Assembly: GCF_964188315.1 (NCBI RefSeq)
Contig: NC_135663.1
Span: forward strand, 124,001-188,000
Reading direction: 5' to 3'
DNA: 64,000 bases
From: Podarcis muralis
Lineage: Eukaryota
Below the pieces are notes generated by a model, which did no database searches, was not told the DNA's origin, and worked only from the letters and a program-made list of their open reading frames with translations. Shown one piece after another: positions 11,998 to 23,700 of this stretch. Position numbers and translations under genes: made by a program. Each line of letters begins with the position of its first letter. The stretch's first letter is position 1.

Positions 11998-14900
11998 TCA
12001 GATCTCACCCAGGTCTTCGTAGACGGAGGCCGGCCGGCTCTCGTCCACCGACTGCTCCTCCCGACTGCCCCCCCCTGAGCGACCGGGGCTGGCCAGGGGC
12101 GGCTTCACCACCTTGCTGTAGAGGGGCTCCTCCCCCCCGCGGCCACTGTTGTTGTTGTTGCTGTTGCCAGGGGCCGGCCTGGGGGCTCCTGGCTGGGGGG
12201 GCTTCTTGTGGGTGCGGGGGGGCTTGGGGGCAGGGCAGGGCTTGGGGGGCTTGGAGAGGCCTTGCTTCGGGGGGAAGGCCGGCACTGAATATTCCCCTGT
12301 GCCCAGCACGCAGGGCAGCTCGTAGCCAGCCGGGCTCTCCATGCCCTGCGTCCGCCAGGCCTCGCAGGGGAGGCGAGCCTCGTCGTAGATGGCAGTGGGG
12401 GTGGGCGTCGGCCACTGGGCCCGCCCCTCCGGCTCGTCGTAGATGTGCACCTTGCTGCTGTGCTTGTCCTGCCCAGGCCCCACCTCCTCATACAGCAGTT
12501 TGTCCTGGGGGGGGCAACGCTCCTTGCCCCCCTCGCGCCGGCTGTCCACGGGTTCCGCATAGAGGGCGTCCGGCTGGGGGCGAGGGGCCCTGAGCGCATC
12601 CAGAGGCTCGGAGTAGACGTTGCCCGCGTCCTCGGGGGGCAGTGCGTGTCCTGGCACCTCAGGGAGCGGGGAGCGGGGGGGAGTGCTGGGCCACTTGCCC
12701 AGAGGGTCCCGCAGGCCCAGCCCCTTGGCGAGGGCCACCACCTCCTCTTCCTCCGCAGCAGTGGCAGCGCTGAGCTTGGCCAGGGCCGGCCGCAGGCCGG
12801 GCCTCTCGGGGGCCAGAGCGGGCACCAGGCTCTCCCCCTCCAGGCTGAGCGAGCCGGCCAGGGCGCCCGGGAGCTGGCCCACCTCGGCCTCCAGGGAGCA
12901 GGTGCTGTGGCGATGCTCAACCACCTGTGCCTTCTGGGCCTGAATGGCCGCCTCCACCACGTGGAAGATCTCGTTGCCCTGCTTGGTCTCAAAGGTGAAG
13001 TTGCCTGGCCCAGACTCACAGCGCCGGCCGGCTTCAAAGGAGAACATCACCTGCGGGACAGAGAGCGGGCACAGTCAGGGGCCGCAAAGGAGCCCCGGGG
13101 GCCAAGAGGCACCCTTTGAGGGGCACAGGAACCTCCCCCGCCCCTGCTCTGCCCACGCTGAGCACAAGCCCCGCCAGCCAGGAATCCCACAGGGCCAGCA
13201 AGAGAGCTTCTGAGCTGGCCGTAAAGCCCTTGGGCAGCACAGAAGGCCGGGGGCTTCTCCCCACTGCCCCACCCAGTGCCAGCTGGGCACCTCCTCAACC
13301 ACTGAGGGAGCCCAGCCCCCCTCACCAGTTCTCCCAGGGCAGCTCCTCCTGTTCACAGAGTTGCAGAATTGAAAGGGCCCCTGAGGGGCATCTAGTCCCA
13401 CCCCCGTGCAATGCAGGAATCTCAACTAAATCACTCCTTGGGCTTCCATGGTCCTGCCCCCAGCAATGCAGCCTCGCCCCCCCCCCCGCCTACCTGCCTC
13501 TCCCTCCCACATGCACCCCTCCTCCCGGACCCACCTTGTCCCGGCCATATCTGCGCAGCAGCCGGTAGGGCCAGGTGAAGAGGGGCTGGTTGGAGTGGGG
13601 GTCCCCAAGGATGAGGCCCTCGCCAGAGGCCTTGAGCACGTAGACCCCCTGCAGCTTGCAGCGCTCAGCAGCCTCCGTCTTCTGCACCGTCACCCAGAAC
13701 TCGCTGACTGTGGCCAAGGGGGAGAGTCAGAGCTGGAGACCCCCAGGGACCCTCGGGGGGGGGGGGCAGGCACCCGCCCAGCAGCCGTCACCCCAGAATC
13801 AGCAGCCCTGGCAGCCAGAAGCCTCCCGGCCCAAGCTGCATTTCCCAAAGCGGGGGACTCCCAGCCTGCAATTCTGTCCTGCAGCAGCCGTGTCTTCCTA
13901 TGGCACTCCCTCTGCCCCACCACCCAAACTACAGGGGGGGGGGGACTGGCTGAAAGTCTGACGGGGACAGGGTGGAGCCAGCTCTGCTCCTGAGCGCCTC
14001 CTACCTTCCTCTCGGGAGTAATAAATGGCGTTCATGGCCATCTCCAGGGGTCGCCCCCCAGCGCAGTCGGCTGCAGGCTGTGCTGCTTTCCCAGGATTGC
14101 CCTGCCGGGAGAGAAGACCATCAGCAGACTCCCCCAGCCCTTCCCAGGAATGGCAGCTCCTCTGCTGCACAGCACCCCTGCCGCCCCTGAGCACGGCCGG
14201 GGGGGCCAAGGAGTGAAGTGGGGGGCTCTTCCCACCAGCCAGGGCTGACCAGCCCTCCACCGTCCCTGGAACATCGGGAGCTGCCTTATGCAGAGCCAGC
14301 ACAGTATTGTCTACACTGGCTGGCAGCAGCAGCTGAGCAGGGTTTCAGGCAAGGGCCTCTCCCTGCAAGGCGCTGAGACCCCCCCCCAACCGCCACCCCA
14401 GGGTGGGCTCACCAGAAAGGCTGCCTCGCAGAGCCTGGCCATCCAGTCGGCCGCCTCGTGGGGCTCAGCGGCAAAGAGGTAGCTGCGCTCGCTGGTCTCC
14501 AGGCGGAAGGCGGAAAGGCCCTCCTTGGGGCTGCCGTCTGGGGCGGGGGCCACGCTCACGCAGTCCGCCAGGCGCACAATCTTCTTGTCCAGGCGCCTGG
14601 TGCCCACTCGCTCCGCCGGCACAGGACCCTCCTTGCCGTCGAAGAACTCCAGGCGCGCCACACCATGCGGGCTGGCCGGGTAGAGCACAAACCAGCTCTT
14701 CTTCCATCGCTGCAACGAGAGGCAGAGGGGAAATGGGGCCAGAGGAGCCGCAGGGACACACAGTCAGTGCACTTGCCTTTCTGCAAGCAGGGAATTTGCA
14801 CATAGCCAGGGAAGGGTCTGCCCTCCCCTCGCTGCCTTCAGCTGGCATATGAGAGGCCCAACAGGTGCCTCCAAGTCAGGGTTCGAGGAGAACCCAGTGC

Positions 14901-16007
14901 ACACGCACACAGCCCCCTGGTGGCCAACATGGAGCCCCCATCCCTGCTGAGCAGGGGCTGATGGGAACTGCAGTCCAACCAGTCCCTGGAGGCCCCCTGG
15001 CTCCCCCTGCAGGAGCCGATCATCAGGGCAGACGTCCCCCTTGCGCCCCAATGGGGGCTTCACAGGCTTTAGCTTCTTTCTCTGGGGAGGGGCTCCAGTG
15101 ATGTAGGAGGAAGTGGGCCACTTATTAATAATATTAATGCTTTTATATTCTTTATATGCTGCCCAGCTGGGCTGCCCTACCCGCTTTGGGCGGCTTCCAT
15201 CAAAATGTAAAAAAGCCATAGAGTAAAGCATCAAAGATTAAGAAAGTCCCTGCAGGGGGCTTCCCCTCCCTCAGTGAGGTGTTGCGGTTCCTGTGCTCCA
15301 CTTGGGGGGAGAAGTGGTGGAAAGACCCTCCTGTCTTCCCTCCCTGAAGGAGGCAGGTCTGGGCGAAGAGCGGTCAATCCGGCCTGGTCCAGTTCTGCTC
15401 CCTGCAGCGTCCACGACGCCCCGCCCCGTCTGGGCCAAACCAGGTACCCCCCTATTAGCACCCCGGGGCGCTGGGGGTGGAAAGGGCCGGGAAGCCCTGA
15501 GAAGAGAGCACAGCCCGTCGCCGGGACCGGACCCAGAGTTGGAAGCTGGACGGGCGGCCCCGAGGGCGAGACAAGGCGCCCGAGCGGCAGGAATCCTCCG
15601 CGCGCGGCTCCTCTGCTTCGACGGGGCGTCAGAAGAAGGGAGAGCACGGGAGGTGCCCCAAGCAGCCCAGGAGCGGGTCCCGGATGGGCCTTCGGGCCGG
15701 GGCGTTTCGTCGAGGCAGAGCAGCCCACGGGGCCCCATCCCGAAGGGGCGGCGCGGACGGGGCGGGGCCGCGCTTCCGGGCCGCGCCGGGTCCAGGAGAG
15801 TCGCCCCTCGGCCGCCCGCGCTTTCGCCCGCGCAGAGACGGCGCTGCCGGCAGCGCCCCATCCCGGAAGCGCCGGCGGGCGGGTGGCGCTCGGAGCAACC
15901 CCCGCCGAGGAGCCCCGGCCGCGGCAGGACGCCCTTACCTTGGCGCCGATGCGCAGCCCCGACGGCTGCTGGAGCAGGAGCGGCCCGGCCTTGACCGGCG
16001 GGTCCAT
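11998..16007 (-). CDS. DOK1: Docking protein 1 (PH + PTB + Tyr/Pro-rich tail), 5 exons, 562 aa
   Basis: Exons (plus coordinates) 16007-15939, 14709-14413, 14101-14005, 13707-13535, 13050-11998; all GT-AG and phase-consistent. Motifs [30 protein letters not shown]|[11 protein letters not shown] and multiple YxxP sites. Confidence 0.96.
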
Positions 16008-16760
16008 CCGGAAGAGTCGCCTCGGGCAGCCCAGCCGCTCCGGATCTGTCAGCGCCGCCGCCGCCTCTCGGCGCGGGGAGGGGCTTCGCCGACGGAGCGG
16101 AAGCCGCCGGGCGGGGAGGGGCGGCTCCGCCCCCAGGCCAGGGATGGGGGCGCTCGCCTGGCTCAGCCCTGCCTCGAAGGGGCGGGCCGGAGGGGGCAGG
16201 CGGCCCTCTGGCCGGAAGCAGCCTCGAAGGACTCTGCGTTTGGGACGTTACAAGACCAGAAACATCAAAAGTTCGACGGGACCAAAACAAGTTTGAGAAA
16301 ACAGTCCGCTTTCTAGAGCGGACATTCAGGCGAGAGGCCACCTTAAAGGAAAAAATAATCCCCAACCGACGCAAAAGAAGAAGAAGAAAGAAGCGCGTTT
16401 GTATTTGGAAGCGTGGCGGCAAGTCCCCCGGGGGGGGTGTGGCTGCGACGTCAGAAACGTTGTCGAAACTTTTGCTTCGTGACTCCGGAGCTCGTAGGTC
16501 TCGGGTGGGAGCGCGTGTCCGTGGGCGGGAGGAGCCCCGCGCTGCAGGTCTGTCCTGGAGCCCCGAAGAGCTTCTCGGTCGCAATGCGGAGTCGGCCCGG
16601 GCGGAGCCCCTCGGAGATGCCCGGGCGGGGAAGCCGCGGGAGAGGAGTGGGGTCTGTCGCACTCTGGACTCGCGGGCGGGTTTCCCAGGATGGGCTCTGG
16701 CTGGCAATAGGGGGGGGGGTAGCCAGGAGGCTGGACGAGCGGGGTCCCCTTTGGGGTGAT
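15400..16760. promoter_or_regulatory. CpG island / DOK1 promoter and first exon
   Basis: Dense CpG and GC boxes surrounding the DOK1 ATG at 16007. Confidence 0.75.
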
Positions 16761-17064
16761 TCAGCAGCAGCCCCAGGGCTCCTGTTCCCTTTCCATTCCA
16801 TCATGGATGCTTTAGAGGAGGGAACACAAATGCCGCCCGGGAATGACCTGCGCTTGACCACTGGACCCTCCCAGCACAGACAACGGCCTGACCTGGGCCC
16901 TCAAGAAGGACTGGCATCCAGCTTAGGATCCCAGCAGGGCGGGGCCAAAGCCTCTCCTGCCCTTGGAGCCCAGAGGAGGCGGGCAGAGCTCCTGCAGCAG
17001 CTGCATGGCTGAGGGGGGCTGGCATGGGAAGAGCCTCTCAGCTGAGAGGCATCTGGAGTATGGA

Positions 17065-17620
17065 ATTTTTATTTTATTTTGTTTGTATACCACACTTCAT
17101 CCCTAGATTTTGGGGCAATCACAACATAAAATAAAAGAGAAAAACACAAAATATGCAATAAAAACAGGAACAAGAACCAACCAGCCAATAACCGCGTCCC
17201 CACTACATTTAAGAGAGTATCGTTGAAGGCCAGCTTGAAGGGAGCAAAGAAGGGCCTCAGAAGATGACCTCAGGGTCCAAGTACGGTCATATTGAAGGAG
17301 GTGGTTCTTGAGGTATTGCGATCCTGAGCTGTTTAAGGCTTTAATAGGTCAAAACCAGCACTTTGAATTGGGCCCAGAAACTCATTGGCAGCCAGTGCAG
17401 TTGCACCAGGATCAGTGTCATATTCTCCAACCCTCTTGCCCTGGTGAGCAATCTGGTTTCTGAATTCTGCACCAGCTGAAGTTTCCGAACTGTCTCCAGA
17501 GGCAGCCCCACGTACAATGCCTTGCAGTAATCTAACTTAGAGAGGGGGAGAGCATAGACAATGGAAGTTAGGCTGTCCCTGTCCAGATAAGGATGCAGCT
17601 GGGTCACCAGCAAAGCTGAT
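17065..17620 (-). mobile_element. L2 LINE 3' fragment
   Basis: ORF 17341-17613 (SKLDYCKALYVGLP, LQLVQNS, LHWLP, FKVLVLTY) is typical L2 ORF2 C-terminus; AT-rich tail near 17065. Confidence 0.8.
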
Positions 17621-17736
17621 GGAGGGTTTTCCCAGTTTCCACGTCACTCAGGTCACCTGAGCCTCAAAAAGTACAGTACCCACAAGCGACGTCCTCTGAA
17701 ATCAGTAGCAGGCGGCAGGGCAGGGCTGTTGTTTCC

Positions 17737-17751
17737 CCACTAGAGGGCGCT
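17737..17751 (+). promoter_or_regulatory. CTCF-like motif between the DOK1 and LOXL3 promoters
   Basis: CCACTAGAGGGCGCT fits the CTCF core CCASYAGRKGGCRS. Confidence 0.6.
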
Positions 17752-17779
17752 TGCGCCCTGCTTGCTTCCAGCACCAGCT

Positions 17780-17960
17780 ATTCCAGCCCATTTAGGATGC
17801 CTAGAAACTCGGCCTCTTCGTCGTGCCCGGAACCCACATGCAGCCCGCCTAGGTGAGCGTAGCAGAAGTCGCCCATTGCGTCCGTGCCTCTGCTTTTGGA
17901 TGCTTCCTTGATTTCATTCATCCTGTCAAGGTCTCCTTGAGCATTTGGATCAGGGGGACT
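17780..17960 (-). mobile_element. CR1 LINE endonuclease-domain remnant
   Basis: Translation EIKEASKSRGTDAMGDFCYAHLGG...GHDEEAEFL resembles the CR1 APE motif MGDFNYPHIDW. Confidence 0.6.
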
Positions 17961-18399
17961 ATGGCATGTTTCCAGGACTGAATTACTCTGGGGCTTCCAT
18001 CCCTCAATCAGTTTAAAAGCTGCCAAAAACTCCTTTTTTATTTTGGTGTCTTGGGGGTGGGGGTTTGTGGGGGAAGAAGAAAACGGGGGGATATGCTCTA
18101 GGGGAATGCACTGCATACCAGGAAAAAACCAAGCAGGCTTCTCCATGAATTTGCCGAATCCTCTTTTAAAGTCATCCAAGTTGGTGCCATCGCTACATCC
18201 TGAGGCAGGGAGTTCCAGTGCTTAATCCGGCATCCTCTCCTGGCCCACAGCTAGTCGAAGGCCCTAGAGGAGACGCCCCTTGTGGGGTCTGAGGCTGAGT
18301 CCCGACCACACCCCACTCCTTGGAGAGGGCTTCTTCCTTCGACTGCAAGGTGTGCCTCTTCCTCTCCAAGGAGGTTTTCCGGCCATTGGTCTCCGCCAT

Positions 18400-19600
18400 A
18401 GGATCACCCTGCGCGCCTCCTCTTGCCGTTGCTGCTGGCTCGAGACCCCTCTCGGCTCCCGGGAGCTCCCCGTCCCCCCTTAAGTAGGGAGGGACCTTCC
18501 AGCCAGGCTTCTCCCTCCCTCCGCCCCGCGTAAGTCCGTCCCGCCGCGGAGCTGCGCCCGCCCCGTCCGAAGCGGAGCCCCCGATGCTCTTCGGTGGCGC
18601 CGCGCCTGCGCCTCTCCCGCTGCCCGGGGGCTGCTGCCTGCGCCCGCCCCGCCGGCCCGAGCCAAGCGCGAGCAGGCCGGCCGGGGGCGGGGTGAAGGAG
18701 AGGCCGGCCGGGGGCGGCCCGTTAGTCGCCTGGCCTTGAACAGCGGGGCTCGGAGGCGGCGGCGGCGGGGACGCAGTGGAGGCGGCGCAGCTCAGCCGAG
18801 GTCAGCGGGGACCCCGGGCGGGGCGGCGAGGACGGCTCTTGCGGGGAGCGCACCGGAGGCGCGCGCTCCTTCGGGAAGAGATGGAGCTGGGCGAGCGAGA
18901 GGGGGAACTTTGAAGACGCGACGCCGCCTCCGAAGCAGGCGCCCATGGCAGAGGCCGCCCCCGAGCCTGGCTGGCTGGCCAGCCCTGCCCAGCTCCGGGA
19001 GGACGGGGGAGCTCCGGGGTCGGCGGCTGCGTGGGACCCCGCGGCATCCCGAGGCAGCTGGGAGGCGGGACAGGGGACGGGGGAGGAAGGGGACCTCCAG
19101 ACGCCTCCCCGCCCGGCCACTGGAGGCCAGGACTCCTCGCGGGGGCGGGCGGCCGCGGTTCCTCTCGCAAGGCCCCGACGGGAGAAGGTAGACGGCCTCT
19201 GCCCGTGGAGGCTCCATCTCGCTCTCCCGGCTCGCAACCACCTTCTCCTTTTAAAAGTCCCGGCTCGGCCAATGCTGCCGCCGGCTGCCTCCTCCGCCCG
19301 AAGGGCTCTCTGCCCGGCCCAGGAGGGGCCAAAGCCGCCTCCGCCTTCCTTCTCCGGGCCCTCCGCGCGTCTCAGGTTGCCCACCGGCAATCCCCCTTTT
19401 TGCGAAAGTTAAAAGCCCCTCGACAGTTCCGCAGGGTGACTCGATCCCCAAGTGGCGCCCACCTGGCCAGCGGAAGGGGCTCCTGCGGACGAGAGGCTTC
19501 TTATGCGGAGGGGGGACTTGTTCCGACCCCTTGGGAGCAGCAGGAGAAGCGGGGCGGGGCGCCTCTGGTCCTGGGCAAGGGCACAGGATGGCCGCGGGGA
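18400..19600. promoter_or_regulatory. CpG island, probable LOXL3 promoter / non-coding first exon
   Basis: CpG-dense with GC boxes, upstream of the acceptor at 19745/19746 that precedes the LOXL3 ATG. A candidate donor AG|GTAGAC lies at 19188. Confidence 0.65.
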
Positions 19601-19763
19601 TTGGCTCTCTGCTCCCGGGTGGAGGAATGGCCTCGCTGGGGCAGGACGACGAGGAGGCTGAACTTGCAGGGCCGAGACTGCCTGCCTGCCTGCCTGCCTG
19701 GGCCCTGGGGTTCTCCCCCCTCAAGCTCCCTCTCTTCCCCTCCAGGTCCAGGCAGCCAGGACG

Positions 19764-20743
19764 ATGGGTCTTGCCCTGTGGGAGGTGCTTGGGCTGCTGT
19801 GTGGTGTCTGGCTGGGGGTGGGCGCCGCCCAGCAGAGCACCCCAGCGGCACCCACAGTGCAGAGCACCCCAGCCGGCCCCAAGCTGCAGTTCCGGCTGGC
19901 TGGCTACCCCCGCAAGCACAACGAGGGGCGCATCGAGGTCTTCTACGGCCAGGAGTGGGGCACCATTTGCGATGACGACTTCACGCTGGCCAACGCCCAC
20001 GTTCTCTGCCGCCACTTGGGCTTTGTGGCCGCCACCGGCTGGACTCACAGCGCCAAGTATGGCAAAGGCATCGGTGAGCATCGAGGGCCGGGGCAAGGGG
20101 CGCTGGGATGGGGCAGGGCGGGGCAGCCCCTCCACTGCTTTGTCCTTGAGAAGAGGAGACACTCATAAGCTGCAGCCTTGATCTGATCCAGGCTGCACAT
20201 TTTAATTTATTAAATTTCTAGAAGATCCCAGGGTGTTTCACAATATAAAAATCACAAAAGACCTAACCTAGTAACAAACACACCGTGCAGTTTGAAAGGC
20301 CACAGATTGTTTAAATACCTAATATTATGTAATTGTTTATTGCACTTAAATCAGGAGCTCACAGTGGACCAGGTGCTTCTCCCACTCCTCATTTAATCTG
20401 CACAACACCCCTGTGAGGTGGGGAAGGCTGAAAGGCACGGACTGGCCCATGGTCACCCAGTGAGCTTTATGGGCAAATGGAGACTTGAACCCTGGTCTCT
20501 CCTGGTTTGACACTCTAACCACAAAACCACACTGGCTCCTCGCTTTCCACAGCTTTCTAGGCCACAATCTTGCAGAACCAGTGAAGGAATACTAAAAGAT
20601 TGTGCATTTAAGCATATGCAGAGAGCATTTCTCCTCTTTGCTGGGTAAGCACAGCCAGTCCTAAGGAGCAGGCATCCAAGATTGACTAAGGAAAAGTCTC
20701 TGGCTAGAGATGCTCTCAGGTCAGGCTGAGTGCTCTCTCCTTT

Positions 20744-20791
<48 letters not shown>

Positions 20792-23700
20792 TCCTTTCTC
20801 CCTCTCCATCACCCACCTGACTCCTCCTGGCTATGGCTTTGCAGGGCGCATCTGGCTGGACAATGTGAACTGTGGGGGCAGTGAGAAGAGCATCACGGAC
20901 TGCCGGTCGAGGGGCTGGGGCAACAGCGACTGCTCCCATGAAGAAGACGCCGGTGTCATCTGCAAAGACGAGCGCATCCCTGGCTTTGTGGACTCCAATG
21001 TGATTGAGGTGGGTGGGGGGACGTTTGCTTGGGGGCAGTGGGGGGGAGGCTGGCAGGGCTGCATTGCCAGTGGGAGCTAGGGGGACCCCCGTTCCTGCTG
21101 CAGACAACTGCTCCCTAAGCATGTGGGTCCCAACAAGGCTGCATTAGTCAGAAGTGGAAGGCTTGGAAGAGCACAGGATGTTCCCTAAAAGAGACTGGAG
21201 GAGGCCCAGGCGGGGCGGGGGGGGGGGTGGAAGGAAGGAAGAAGGGCCCCCAGCTGGGCCAGCCCTGCCTTTGTGCCTGGGCCTGTTGCCTGGGGCTCAG
21301 TCCCTCTTGAGGAAGGATTCAGCTACCCTGAATCTTCCAACCTCAGCTTCCTGGGCTGCCCAGGTGTGGGTGTTTATGCATCTATGGCAGGCGAGAAAGA
21401 GTAGGAAACAGCAAGCGAGAGCAAGGCAGCTCTGGCCAGATGTTCCTCTTGCAGCTGCCTGTGGCCAGCTGGCTGGGACGTGTTTCCTCCACGAAGGGAG
21501 AGCAAATGTTCAGTTGGAGGGTGATTTTCCAGGAAAAATGTCTCGTGGCTCCAGCGCACAGACTTTTCCAGGCGCATTCCTATGTGGGGCTTTAACGTCA
21601 CTGTTAGCACAGTCTGGGATCTAGCCCTGCGGGTGTAAGGGGGTCACTGCGGAAGCGGGGAAGGAGTGGGGGACAAGAGGGAGCCTGGCCTGAGGTGTCC
21701 CTGGGAGACCTGGCAGGGCTGCTTTGGGGACACATTCCTTCCATTTTTCCATTGCCAGTTTGCCCATATTATATTCTGGAGAAATTTGAGGTGGGTGAAC
21801 TACTCTTCCCCACCCCCAGGTTTGGGCTTCCCTGCAAGCATTTCCCAGCGGGCCAGGCCCCAGTCAGGAAGTCCTCCTGGGAAGCTACAGCAGACCCCTC
21901 ACCCCACACAGACCCCCTTGGCTCTTCCTTCCTCTGCTCAGGGCTTCCTCCTCACACCGCCCTGACGGCCTCCCGTCTCCAGCTGGCGGGGGTGACGTCA
22001 CCCCTGGAACTGGGGCACCAGCTGGGCAGGAGGCCAGAGGCGTTTTACACCCACAGCATTCCGTTCTGTGACTCGTCACTCGAGGGGAAAGTGGGGGCCG
22101 CCTGGCGTCACTTGGCCACAGCAAAGCCATGCTGCTTTCTATTAAGCAGGCCCCACACCCCTGGGGCTGCATTTTTGGGTCCAGGGATTCTTTTCTCAAC
22201 AGCAGGAGGTTCCACCCGAGCCCCAGCCGCCTCCTTCCTCTCAGCAAAAGAGTCTCTGCCCTCTTCCTCCTCCCCCCCCCCACTTTGGAGACCCTGCTGG
22301 TTTTCTGTGTGTGTTGGGGGGCGGTGTTAAAAGTTGTTTTCCCAACAGGCTCCCACCAGACAGGTCCCACCTTCCAGCCTCCAACTCCTCCTCCTTGCAA
22401 CCCTCTCCAAACCCCCAGCAATGTGGGAATCACAACTCAAACATCCTTTCTCGGGGTGGAACCCAGTCCCCTGCCAGGCCATGCAGTTGGGGCAGAGGTC
22501 TCCGGCTGGGGCTGACCCTCCCTCCCTCCCTCCAGACGGAGCAGAACCAGGTGGAGGAGCTGCGCCTGCGCCCCGTGGTCTCCCACGCCAAGCGGCCCCT
22601 GCCCGTGGCGGAGGGCATTGTGGAAGTCCGCCACCGGGGCAGCTGGGCACAGATCTGCGATGAGAACTGGAGCAGCCGCAACAGCCGCGTCATCTGTGGG
22701 ATGCTGGGCTTCCCTGCTGAGAAGAAGGTCAACCGCAATTTCTACAAGTGAGTGACTGCGTGGAGGGGGGAGAACCGAGATGCCCCCCCATTCAGACCCT
22801 TGGAGGACAGTCTTGCCACTGACCTCCATGGGGGAGGGGGAATGGACTGGTCACATGCTGGGAAATTGCTGGTTAACATTGTCTGTCTCTGGAGACAATG
22901 GAGGAGGGTGTCTTTGGGTGTGAAGCCAGGCTGTTGAAGAGTTCCAGCTGTGACTGGAGAGACCGATAGGGGAGAGACATGTTTTGTTGCAGCTGGGGCA
23001 GAGAAAGGTGGTCAGTTGCACCATGGCATTTCTTCTCTCTGCGCTCCTACCAGTGGTCATTCCCCCTCTGGTCACTGCTATAGAAGCATGACCTCACTGT
23101 CTGTCTCCAGGCACTGCGGTCATCTGTTGGGAAATCAGGAGAGGACCTTTGGGCTCTTCCCCATCCTCTGCACTTAAGTCTTGGATACTGTCATCATCAT
23201 CATAGCCATGTGTCAAGACCCCTTTAAGGCTCTGCCCCCCTGAGTGCAAATTCCTGTCAAGGATTACACCAAACTGGGAGGTGTCGCAAATGACACAGAA
23301 GTCAGAATCTGGATTCAAGATGACCTTTAACAGATTGGGAAACTGGGCTAAAACTGGCAAAATGGATTTTAATAGGGACAAATTTCAGTTTCTACACTTA
23401 GGCAGGGATAACCAGCTTTGTATATAGAATGGGGGACACCTGACTTGACAGCAGGTCATGTGAAAAGGATCTCAGGGTCTTCTTCGATCACAAGCTTGAC
23501 ATGAGTCCACAGTGTGATGCAGCAGCAAAAAAGGCTAATGCAATTCTCGGCTGCATCATCAGAAGTCTAGTGTCCTGATCAAGGGAAGTCAGAGTCCTGC
23601 TCTAGTCTGTCTTGGTCAGTCTCCACCTGGAGTCCCATGTCCAGTTCTGGGCACCAAAATTTATAGGTTTGGACTGCTGTTAATGACATCACCACCCTGG

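Noticed and set aside
15271-16707. Long ORFs of 200-480 aa over the DOK1, LOXL3, HTRA2/AUP1 and 62 kb CpG islands, and antisense or alternative-frame ORFs over exons (for example 12105-13037, 55361-56467)
   Set aside because: Low-complexity Arg/Pro/Gly/Ala translations expected from stop-poor GC-rich DNA; no domains; explained as shadows of real exons or promoters.
17778-18179. 133-aa ORF between DOK1 and LOXL3
   Set aside because: Chimera of two CR1 remnants (3' end plus endonuclease fragment), not a host gene.
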